DNA of 64,000 bases from Haliotis rubra (Eukaryota). Each line of letters starts with the position of its first letter. The first letter of the stretch is position 1. The notes under the pieces are model-generated. The model had not been told where the DNA came from. It worked only from the letters and a program-made list of their open reading frames with translations, and did not search any database. The DNA is taken from contig NW_025767162.1 in NCBI RefSeq assembly GCF_003918875.1, positions 248,001-312,000 on the forward strand, written 5' to 3'. Made by a program: the position numbers and the translations under genes. Shown here piece by piece: positions 26,720-38,188 of the stretch.

Positions 26720-27021
26720 CTATAAACAGAAAGCTGCAGAACACTGAATACGACTTCCACCTAAAGACAGACATGACACACTGAGCTGAAAGGCGCAAGT
26801 CAATAAATTGAGCTACTTTTGAGGCCACATGGATCAAAAGCGTTGACCAAATCTTGTACACTAAACTGGAAAGAAATATTGTCACTGATGTAAGTAAGGG
26901 CTTCCGTTCCCAGAATGATATGTCAAAAACTTACATTCTTTGTTTATTTCATTTACAGTTGCTGAGAGCCGCCCACAAAGAACAGCACATCTACGATAAG
27001 AACAGGAAGCGACACTGTCGG
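26720..27021 (+). pseudogene. Candidate exon pair of an unidentified pseudogene or non-coding transcript
   Basis: TTTCACAG|26720-26889|GTAAGT, then a 69-nt intron ending TTTATTTCATTTACAG, then 26959-27021|GTAAGA. The spliced frame has two TGA stops. Confidence 0.35.
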
Positions 27022-27543
27022 GTAAGATCTCACTCAACCAAATTACCTATTATTACCCACGAGGTCAACGTATGGGTAGGTGCATACTTATCTCGAACGT
27101 CACACTCGTGTAGTATTCTCTATTTCCTTACTCTCTGGAACATGAGCCACGAGCCATATCATTGGGTGTTCTAACATGTTGTAAATATAATCACCGAGTC
27201 TGACCACCTGATTCGTCAGGCATAAGTATCTGGGGACATGTTCTTGTCCGGAATCACAATCAGAAAGTTTATGTAAATAAACACAGCCCCATCGAGTGTA
27301 AGGTAATGAATCGAGAACTGTCACATGCAGGGTTGACACGAATTGTCCATTATCGACTAGAGACACAGAGAATAAAGGAGGCGTCTTTGTTCCCGGTGTC
27401 TTGGATATGTAGGTTCCCTAAATATGATCGACGAATCCATCTCCATACTGGAAAAAATATGAACTAAAATATTTCCCATTACAAGTACGACTGAGATCAA
27501 ATCACCTGGCACTTGGTTATATATCACAACGAAATAGTGATGA

Positions 27544-27715
27544 CTGACTGACTGACTAAGTGTAGTTTTACGCCGCTTTTAGCAATATTCCAGCAACATC
27601 ACGGCGGGGGAACACCAGAAATGGGCTTCACACATTGTACCCATGTGGGGATTCGAACCCGGGTCTTCATCGTGACGAGCCAACGCTTTAACCACTGGGC
27701 TACCCCACCGCCCCC
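27544..27715 (-). mobile_element. tRNA-derived SINE family B, full length
   Basis: 12-bp TSD AAATAGTGATGA at 27532-27543 and 27716-27727. Confidence 0.9.
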
Positions 27716-28051
27716 AAATAGTGATGAAACCTGATAAGCGAGAAACGGTGAGTGGATCCACCGACAGCACCCATCACAAATCCATGCAAAATCAAGTCAT
27801 TTTCTCTCATCTAATGTCGGCCAGGATAGAAGTCAAAACAGGGAATTGCTTCAGAAAAGCAGCCCTAACAATAGGGCCTACCTGTACGCACTCAAAGGAA
27901 CCTACCATTTCATGATGTGGTTTGTGCCATGAAGGCGATTTTTCGGTGACATATGTATCAAATTTATCTTACTCCTTTTACCTTAACCTACTGAGATTTA
28001 TGGAATATATAAAGCAAGTGTGGCAATGTCTTTAGTGCGGAAAAAATATGA

Positions 28052-28483
28052 GTGAGTGAGTGAGTTAATATTTAACGTCACATCGGCAATATTGCAGCCA
28101 TATCGTGACGAAAACAAGCCATACAATAAAAAGTAGAAACATTTTGAAGATTAAAACCTGTCGACGATGGACAGTTAAAAGACCAGAGAATCACAGTTAT
28201 AAATATAAAACTAGCGCAAAGTTAAAATATTCCAATTAAAGAAGACAATACAATATAAAATACGGGCTATAGATCGCCAACAACTGAAGGTATATCACCA
28301 TACTAAGGCCCATGGGGAGTTACATTACTTTTGCTACCTGCATGGACCCTAGCTGGATTTACACCATCCCTTCAGCCATTGGCGTCGATGCTGAGATTTA
28401 GCCATACATTAAAAACACCAAAATACTACGATTAAAAACCTGGTACACTTAAACTGACTTGAAATGTTTTGGGACTTACGTAC
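28052..28483 (-). mobile_element. 5'-truncated non-LTR retroelement 3' end (probable LINE 3' UTR)
   Basis: 12-bp TSD GAAAAAATATGA at 28040-28051 and 28484-28495. Tail GGCTGCAATATTGCCGATGTGACGTTAAATATTA(ACTC)n is related to the SINE tails. Confidence 0.65.
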
Positions 28484-28929
28484 GAAAAAATATGAAAAAT
28501 AATAGAGCTCGTTTTGCAGAATTTAGTAACGTCAATACCACGTGACTGTTCTGTCACGTGCTGTGACATCAGGTCATTTGGATGATATTTGTTTATACTT
28601 CCTATCTGTAGAACGTTACAAATGGCGTCATCACATTAAATTGTGTTTGAAGTTTAGAACATTACAGAAGTGACTTCATTTGTCTTGAGATGTCATTTCA
28701 TATAAGGCGTACAGGGTAACAATTCTGTAGACTCCATTAGGTCTCTGGGACGAGGTGCACATTTTCCTGATAAATGAAAGAGTTTGGTCAATCGGCGAAA
28801 AGTTTACCTTTGTTCTGTCACTGTGTCATGACATTAGGAAAACTACCGTTATCGATCAAACATTTTGATTGAAACTATTAATTGAAACACACACCAGTTC
28901 ATTAAATAGTCTTATTCATTATCTTAAGT

Positions 28930-29251
28930 GCTGATCACATGACTGCAGATTTAGACATCAAAGCAACATAAACGAAAGATTATTGCCGTAAATTAATTCT
29001 CGTGCTCGTTAAAAATCATTTCATCAAATTGCTAGCTGTATTTATCTGGACATTGGACACAGAAGCAATTAGATGGTAATCATTGTCTCTTTCTAATGTC
29101 TTTCTGATTTCAAATGGGCAAAATATTATCTGCATGTGAACTTATAATGAGATGGCAATAACGAATAGCTGTGACTATATTTCTCCCATCGAGTGAATTT
29201 TCTCACATGACGTACACCAATTTTGGATTGTTTAGTAGAGGTACACACACA

Positions 29252-29287
<36 letters not shown>

Positions 29288-29380
29288 TACACCAATGTGA
29301 GGCTCTCGAGGAAAGGGGTTTACTTGTTTTGAATTCCATCAAATTGAATTTCATGTTTTTTCTGTTGTAACTGTTGTTGA
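28930..29380. repeat. Outlying copy of a family I sub-module
   Basis: CAGAAGCAATTAGATG..TTTCAAAT.GGC..TCTCACATG..CTCTCGAGGAAAG is shared with ~11260-11720 and ~20245-20620. Confidence 0.75.
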
Positions 29381-32300
29381 CTATTGGAGGTAGATACTTT
29401 GCTGAGGAACTCCTAACACAGTGGTTAACAGTTATGAGTAGATGAACCTAATGCTTTTCTGTAGTACATCGGTGGTCCACCAGGAATACCGCTGCCTCTA
29501 CTGTTTCAGTCTATAACTGTTGGAAGTTGTACTTTAAGTTATGTACTTTACCCTTTCTAGTTTTGTTGCAACACTATAAACATACGAGTTCCAAATGACA
29601 TCTGCAGAATCTTGTTCGCTGTGGCATATGTGTAACCTGAATTCTCTCTTACTTTCCCCTCTTAATATGAATAACGTGATGTCATGTCTAGTTGTAGTTT
29701 CGATGTTGACTTCCCATTCAAATATTGTTCACCACAATTTTGACTGTTTTGTTCAATGTAAACCTGTTCCCAAATAACGATTTCAAGCCTCCAGTATTTT
29801 AACATAATAGGAAAACGTAACCAAACCTGAGAACTTGAGACAGTGGATGAAAAAAATGCCGAATGTCGTTGGTTTGATTCCACCTCACCATGCTTTGCAG
29901 TCATCGTTAAGGGTAAAACAACAATGACTTGTTTATTTGGAGTCGTGTGGACTATTTCATTGGACTTGCACAACTGAAGAGCATACGTCTGAACACATAA
30001 ATTAGCTTTTTGTTTCTTTTTTTGCTCCTTTTATATTTGTGATCTTATTAAAACGGACATTGCTCTCGGTCACAACAAATGAATTTTTTAAAAATCAATT
30101 CTTTCTAATCAGGTTAAGCTATTGTTCAAAACTTTTGCCGTGTTTCCAGGACTGAATGCCATCACAGTAACCTAAAAACAGCACGGTAAAATTATAGAAA
30201 TATAATCATATGTCCATGAATTAATAATACATCGGTACACCCTCGAGAATGGAGGATTTGCGGATAATTCGAAGGTAGCATTGTTTGTTATTCTACCAGG
30301 ACATAAATCCATAATGCGATAGTAACTTCTGACTAAAGTATTCACGTTGTTCAGACATTGTTTCAATTTTGCCAATAAGTATTAGTCCAGAACAAAATCA
30401 AATTATTTCTGATGCACACATTAACCTTACCTGTTCTCGTGTTTCAAAGTCGTTATTTGCAAAGCAGAGGATATATCTTCAAGTGATAATAATCTAATAC
30501 CAACAAAGATATCCACCATCAGTTGTAGATCCAGGGTATGTTCATAAAGCTGGTCTTAGCCCTTCCCCTCAAATCACCGGCTTGTTTTGTGTCCAAAAAT
30601 CTCATTTAAGTGTATATATAAACTCACGGGCGAAAGAAACGTCACCAAAATGATTTTTTTATCTGTTATCGTACACAAAGTTATTATTCATATCTGTAGT
30701 TCACATTTTCATCATTCAGAATGTTAATGTAAATCCATTATTTTTCCAAATATGATTGTTAAATTTCCAAAATCTGAGTTTGTTGTTCTGTGACATGTTA
30801 AAAAGGCGAGGTGACGTTCCTTTCGTCCGTGAGTTTAGATGGGTGTACAACCTCACTCATGGTGACGCACTGGGGCTGTGTCAAGCTGAAACTGTGCTAT
30901 CAGTCTCGATGTAAATATCAATCCAGAATGATCTCTGATTTACCAAACATGTTGTCATCTTTCAGAATCGTTAGCCTGAAAGGTCTCGATAAATACCAAT
31001 GCAAAACATAAACCCAACAAATATATTTATCCAAGATATCTCCTGTGAAGAACCGGGTTATAAATTCTCTTCTCCAACTCATCCTTGTCGTGTCCGTGTG
31101 TTCAGGATGGTTGATTTCTTGGATGCATGTCATCGTTATCCCAACGGTGCAAATCGGTAATCATGTTATCACTCACTGGATTATTTACAAACCCTGAACA
31201 AATAACTGGAAAATTGCCGACTGTGGCATTAAGCAGCAAACACTCCATCAGTATGTGTTTTGTTTATTGTCCATGAGGCAACGGGTATCAACCCTTCCAA
31301 ATTATCACATCGTTGTTTGACAAAACAGCTCAATCTGTGCTACGGTCTCAGCTATTTGTACCACCTCACTTATGGGAACAACCTTACTGAGATTGTGTCA
31401 GTTTGAGGCTGTGTTATCAGTGTCCGTTGATATTGTTTGCTCTCACAGAAGGTCAAATCAATTTTATTATTAAATAATAAAACATAAATAAAACACCGCC
31501 ACTGTTTTGTAACCTTGAACGGTATTGTGGTGGACAACACAAACAGTGTAGTTTGTACAACATTCAATATAAAGCCGGTAATAATGTGTAATTAGTGAAA
31601 CATTGAACTGAAGATACCATCACTTCTATATACTGATCCAAAAGCAGCACTGGTAGATGAAACAGTCGTAATCGTACAATGATATTCACAATTCCTATGG
31701 TTATGGAACATTTTGAAGTTATATATAATCTTAATCATGAACGTTTGTCATCAAGGAAAAGTGCTTTCAGGTTATGAATCAGACTTGTGTCTATACGTGA
31801 TCTCCTTCACAGCTTTAGATGAGTCTCTGATATCTTATCAACCATGCCATGTCAATCACTGCTCACTCCCTGCATAAACACCTTTTGTAACCAGGCTGAA
31901 CCAATGCAGGTGCCACCAACATATCTCTGAAATGATTGGATAAGAAACCGGAAACAAATCATATAAGGCATTTCATAGTACATACTGAAGATTAGTGAGT
32001 GTGTTATGGTTTTGTCCCTTTTAAAGGAGCGAGGGAGGCAAGAACTGGGCTTAACACATTAACCAATGTTGAGATATGTACACGAGCTACAAACAAACAA
32101 TCTAAATGTTGCCTGTGAGCATGTGCCCAGTAATTTGCTTACAGGTTCGCTCATAGTGATTTGCTGATAACATTTATCGACTAAATGATATTTCCTCAAT
32201 ATTCTTTCCGTTGGCTCGTAACCTGTGCGGGATTATCATTACCAAAGGAACATATTATAACTCATGACATACTCTGGGGAAATTATCACAGCCTGAGATT

Positions 32301-33273
32301 AACTCTGATATTGCATTTAACTGAGTTCAAATGGCTGAGCGGAAGGCCTTTACGCCCGACCAAGCGTTGCGACATTATTCATCTGTCATAGTTTGGGACC
32401 TGGCGGAATAGTATAATGGGACAGTGCAGTCTGATGGATACCTTTGTATGCTCTTCATTAACTATTACATAACATTGCTAATACTTGTGCTATGTACACG
32501 CTGCTGTCATTTATCATTGCCGATCGATTGTCTCCTTATTGTGTAACAGACTGTTATGACTAAACCGTTTTGCTGTCAGATGCACACTTGACCTCTATTA
32601 CAGATTGTCATCCATTTTCTCGCTGTATTCTGGATGATTACTCCAGTTCTGACTCTGTGAAATGGGAGGTAATACAATATGTTCAGAGGGGCCAGCCAGT
32701 CCTTCAGACACAGTCCTATTCTGGTTAAAGTGCCTCTCAATACTTCACAGATGAAATAAGTAATTTATAGTTTTGTGGGTGTTGTTTTTATGTTGTGAAA
32801 GTTGGTGGAATACATTATTTTCAGAACATCACGGATAACAGAGAATTTCGGTAAACCCCGCGAACAAAATATTTGTGTCCAGTTTATTTGGAATAATTCG
32901 TCGTAGTCGTTCGTGAGGTGTTTTCATTCTCGACCTCTCGGAAATAGTTTGATTGATTGATCTTGACAGCTGGATTTAACTCTATTTTACCCCATCTAAT
33001 ATATCAAACGGTAGGATTGAGGACGTTCAACCGTGACATGTTTTGCTTCTCCAATAGACGTTGTCATACTTGTTCAAGCCATTAGGATATTGATGTAACA
33101 TTTTGCATCCATGCAGAAAAGAAATGGATATCAAAGTTGGCAGTTGCTTTCTAAGATGCTTTAAGACTGTGATATCAACTGTTATTGCAAAAACATTTTT
33201 AGAATAATAATCATAAACTACATAAACTTCCATTACATAACCATGTCACACTAATACGGCAGATCGAATTGGT

Positions 33274-35272
33274 GGCGTAGTCTTCAAATGCCTACAGCGA
33301 CAAATGCCTACAGTGTAGAATAAACAAAGTAATGCACCAGTGATTTCAAGCAGCAGTATCTTCTCCCCATTACATAAATGGAACATTCCAACAGACAAGG
33401 TGGACAAATGCCTACACAATGAAAAAATGCTGGGGTTGTTCATATATTTGTGAAATGGAACAATAATTGAAGTCATATCTTTACATCTGACAGGGTCAAA
33501 TGTCTTTACATCATCTTATGCATATTTTGACTGGCAAAAAGTCTGAGAATTTGTTTTATTCCATCTTCACTAGTCGACCAGCAGCACTGAGAAAGTCCAA
33601 GGAAGCCTTCACACCAGCTCGTAGCTGATCCTTTAGTCTATCAAGCCTGCTGTCAATCACCTTGTACACACGACGTCGTGGCGGTGGTTTAGCTCCATGG
33701 ATGAACTGAAGAAGCTTGTTCCGTTCGGTCTTCTCCAGCTTCTGAAGAACCTTCACCAACGCAAAGGTGTTTGGATGAGCTCTCATGACGACCTTGTTCA
33801 GATGGGAATGCCACCCCTCGAGATGGTTGTTCGTGCGAGGTCCTAGGTTGTCATGCTGGTTCCAGATTCCGACTCTGTAGAAGGCATGGTCGTCAACCCA
33901 GGTGTTGGTGATGTAGTCGTGCCACTGGACCTTCTGTGGAATTCTGGGAGCATCTTCCATGATCTCTACCCAGGCATCCTGAACCTGCCTCACAGGCAGA
34001 AAGGGTAGAGCTGCAGCACGCCTAATCCACGTATACACCTCAGGATCCTGGAGATAGACATCAGTGAACTTAAGTTCTTGCACCTTCCTCCACAGAGCTT
34101 GTGAATAGTGAAAGTAGCAACCACGGACAGCACTATTTGGGAACACTGCTTCTGTGGCTCTGATGGCGGCGATGTCAAAGTCTGTTTGGATGCTAGTTGG
34201 CTGAAGTGGATGTCCAGTGGTTTACTGTACTTTCTCACTCAAGAGTCTGAACAGACGTTCATACGTGCGGCGTTGTCGGTTTGGCAATAGACAAAACACT
34301 AACTGAGTCATCTTAGTGTCAATGAGGCCATGGATAACATACAGCTGGTCCCAGAGTGCAGGGCAGGAGTAAAAAGTTCCATCCACGTAAAGTGTGTCCA
34401 CAACGTTGAGAAGCCTGAGCCGATCACTTGTTGCAAAACACAGGATTCTGTCTTCTGCGCCATCATCAACAGATAGAAAAGGCTGTCCATCTACTGTCTG
34501 CTTGAAGATGTCTGGAAGATTGACGTCAGCAAGAGACTTGGCTCTTCCTTCTCTGCTTGTACAGGCCACTCTTCATGGTGGGGAAGGAGGGAATGGCAGC
34601 AGCCTCTTGAACATCAAGCTGAGCTAATTCTTCGTTATAGATCATCTGGATGGGAGTTGTCTCGGTCTGGACTCTCTGACGAAGTGTGCTTGTAATCTTC
34701 AAGGCAACCTGATGATTATGTGGCGACTGGTTACGGACAAACTGTCCAACTGTGGTACATTTGCCTAGACAACCACCTTGTACACACTTCCAGTGCACAC
34801 ATGTCAGGCGCCGGTTATTCGGCCTGTACCTGTAGCCATCTAACAGAACTTGCTGCCCACCTTTCTGCGACGTGTAGTACTCTACCTTCTTTGGATTCGC
34901 CATGATTTGAACCAAACTATGCAGAAGTCCCATTTTATTCAACATATTTCCTTCTCAAACTTACTCAGTACAAAATATATTGCATGCTAAACAGAAGTAA
35001 TTAAATTATCTTTTACATATATAGCTCCTGTTGAGAAAGATAGACAAATTGTATTGAAAGCAAGCAAAAAGGATACCTAAGGAACTGCTTGTGCTGATAT
35101 GATCAGATTATCTCTAGGAAGTTTTCATAGTGTAAACAGGTTAAACTCATTAGGGTGGAAGTGACCACTTGTGTGCAGGGAAGCGTATCACTGCTGCTCA
35201 CCTAAAACAACATACTCCGTAGCTATTATTGCCTGTAGGCATTTGTCACTGTAGGCATTAAAAGACCTAACC
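33274..35272 (-). mobile_element. Mutator-like (MULE) DNA transposon, 2.0 kb
   Basis: ~40-bp imperfect TIR with twin AATGCCTACAG motifs. Direct repeat GAATTGGT at 33266-33273 and 35273-35280 (8-10 bp depending on end choice). Absent from the paralogous units. Confidence 0.92.
33556..34903 (-). pseudogene. FLYWCH zinc finger plus MULE DDE transposase, disrupted
   Basis: LLDGYRY..WKC....C...H.H (FLYWCH); YVDGTF, TDFD, GCYFH (CxxH), RTNNHLEGWH. One frameshift near 34550 and an in-frame TAA at 34222-34224. Confidence 0.9.
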
Positions 35273-35694
35273 GAATTGGTGACTGAAATTAAATGAACCG
35301 CAAACGTAATAGGCTGATGACAGTATGACACTGACAATTCAAAATGCCATAGTTTAACACTAGTTCTTTACTGACCTGTTTTTGTTTTAATGTCTTTAGC
35401 TTTGAGGGTTAAATTCGTTTTCAAAATTATAGATCCGATTCGGATTCGACATTTGACTCACCATTTAGAAAATGTCCATACATTTATATCTAACAGTTAT
35501 CACATGTTATGTTTGTTCTGGGTCTGTAAAATTCTGTACAAAACTCGGGTTTAGACTGTACAATCCAGCGATCGCGGTCCAAGAAAAAGTGAAATAAGTA
35601 CATAATGAAATGCAAGCTGCCCATTCACTTAACCCTATCGCCTGTTCCATTTAGACGCCTCATGCGGCAGGCAAAGATTCCGAAGGAACCCATG

Positions 35695-35981
35695 TTCTGA
35701 TAAGTAATCACCACCTCCCTATAGAAGTTGGCTTTTGGGCAAATGTTCCTAGAGAATATCGTCTGTGTAATTTATGCAACTCTCATGCTGTGGGAGATGA
35801 ACTCTTTTATCTGTTCAAATGCGATGCTTTATTACTGTATAGACAAACATATTTACCTTCTTACCTGAATCCAATAACCTTGTGGGAAGTCTTCAAACTG
35901 TTCTCGTCTAAACAAACGCGCAATCTTAAAAATCTTGCTACATACATTAATGTGATATTTAAGTCTACAAAGATACATTAA
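35695..35981 (+). mobile_element. LINE ORF2 C-terminal zinc-knuckle fragment (CR1/L2 group)
   Basis: Translates to ISNHHLPIEVG..R.CNLC....GDE..YLFKC, typical of LINE ORF2 ends. Confidence 0.75.
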
Positions 35982-36071
35982 CCTTTGGTTCTTTTTCGCT
36001 TTTATCTGCCATCTTGTCATTAATATATTTATATGACTATAGTAATATTGAAGTTTTTAGTTTAACAATAT

Positions 36072-36415
36072 TTTATTCACAATGTGAAAAGGATCGGGGA
36101 CAAGTTCTTTCAACTTATTAAACCCCTCTCCGAAGATATTTACAATAACTAATTACATCACAAGCAATTATTAAAAACAGAGACAGAGAAAGACTGAAAG
36201 ATAACAGGGGGAAATGCTATAATACAAAAGGTGTATAGAGAGAAGACTACTGGAATCGTTTAGATTTGCATATAGATTGATGTACATTTTTGAATATAAT
36301 TTCATTTTTATGATTTGTCAGATCTGCAATGCCGTTTAAAATAACAGATAATGTTATCACAGAATTACTACCACATACATCTTGAATAGCTTTAAGCATG
36401 ATCTTTCTATGTTGA
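36072..36415 (-). mobile_element. CR1-like LINE 3' end nested in the previous fragment's tail
   Basis: Minus strand reads ..ITLSVILNGIADLTNHKNEIIFKNVHQSICKSKRFQ*, then a 3' UTR ending in AATAAA. Confidence 0.65.
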
Positions 36416-37032
36416 TTGTGTAAAGAACATTCTAAGAAATAGTGATGAGTAATATTGAATTCTCATGTACCACCGTTGGTGGTGTTTTGAGTAATAAATT
36501 GAATTAATAATAATATGTGCTGAAAGAGGACGATTTACTTGTCCGTGTAACAGTGTATAATATGTGTGTGGGAAGATAATACAGTATATGTACAGATAAC
36601 GGCTTGAGTAGCTAGCTCACTTACAATCCAGCATACATCAAAAGAGATATATGTCTTGACGGCAATGATTCAACACCAAGATCAGTGATACCTAATTGGC
36701 CATTTAACAACAATGATTTATTGTATACGTCAATCTATCACAGAGACACGAGTTAAGTCCGTCAATAAGAGGATCCTAAAAAAAAACGCAAGTTAGTATT
36801 GTACAGATATCGGTTTAAGCAGTTGATTCATTTACAATCTGACATGAATCAACAGATTATGGGTTGTTAAGGGGCGTAGTCACCGAACGTAAAATGAGGC
36901 TGAGAAGCGACGTTACATTGATGTCCTTCCGGGCTGTTGATCAAGCATCATGCCACTCAAATAGTAAGTGACTTCATGATTTCTCACGTTTGATGTGCTC
37001 CGCAGGAATGCAGAACATTTTGAAGCCATCTA

Positions 37033-37557
37033 CAGTCCGTTTGGCTCAAAAGCGGACCATTGAATTGCAATCTGACTCGAAAACTAATAAACATAAAATA
37101 CTCAATGAAACGCTGATCATAATCAAAACATCATACCCACTCTGTGAGGTTTTTTGCAGAATTTATGTCCTAAAAATAATAAAGTTGTTTAACAAACTAT
37201 CATTAAAATATTAACACAGTTCACTGTTTCTTACGAGGAAGGAGTGCAGAGAAAGGGACAGCCAGGTGTTCGAGAACGGATGGAGATGGCACAGCACAGG
37301 TTAATGAATCAATAACTTTGTCTATGAACGTGCTTCTCGAACACCTGCCTGTCCCTTTCTCTGCACTCCTCCCTCGTAACAAACAGTGAACTGTGTCAAT
37401 ATTTTAATGATAGTTTGTTAAACAACTTTTTTAATTTTAGGACATAAGTTCTGGTCTGATGTTTTGATTATGATCAGCGGTTCATTGAGTATGTTATGCT
37501 TATTAGTTTTCGAGTTAGATTGCAATTCATCGGTCCGCTTTTGAGCCAAACGGACTG
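37033..37557. mobile_element. Complete foldback MITE with TA TSD
   Basis: TA|CAGTCCGTTTGGCTCAAAAGCGGACC...GGTCCGCTTTTGAGCCAAACGGACTG|TA, with inverted arms over 200 bp. Confidence 0.9.
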
Positions 37558-38041
37558 TAGCTAGGGATAAGTGATGTCTAAATTATATCTCTATTTGAGC
37601 TGAGTATTTGAAATAGTACTGTATGGGCTGTTGGGAAAAAAACACGATTAAATAATTAATATAAGCCTCCTTATATCACCAGACATACATTTTATTTATG
37701 TATGTATGCTATTACGCTTATCTTACCATGCAACACACTGAGCAATATTATCCACTTTCTACGAGGAACAATGCTGAGACAGTCTTCTAAGGTGCTGATA
37801 TTCGCTGTGCTGGTTGCGTCATTCGGAACGCCAGAAACCCATGATTGTGCATTCGAATCCGGGTCTTCGACAATTCTGTAATGGTCAGTATGAAACTATT
37901 GCGAGACATGCATCTTAACCGACGAATAGCAATAGAATTAGGTAATCAGGTGTGTTTACTTGGATAATCAACGTCGTTGTAACCCTATAACAAAACAATT
38001 ACCACCTCTACCCCCCACCCCCACCCAACAAAAAAATTAAA

Positions 38042-38188
38042 NNNNNNNNNNNNNNNNNNNNNNNNNNNNNNNNNNNNNNNNNNNNNNNNNNNNNNNNNNN
38101 NNNNNNNNNNNNNNNNNNNNNNNNNNNNNNNNNNNNNNNNNNNNNNNNNNNNNNNNNNNNNNNNNNNNNNNNNNNNNNNNNNNNNNNN
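38042..38188. other. Assembly gap (147 N)
   Basis: Run of N located at a family II unit junction. Confidence 1.

Noticed and set aside
26782-26811. In-frame TGA codons as selenocysteine
   Set aside because: No redox-motif context and no recognisable SECIS; nonsense decay is simpler.
32604-32668. Possible 65-nt exon (CHPFSRCILDDYSSSDSVKWE)
   Set aside because: Splice signals are plausible, but the segment is largely deleted in paralogous units and has no partner exons.
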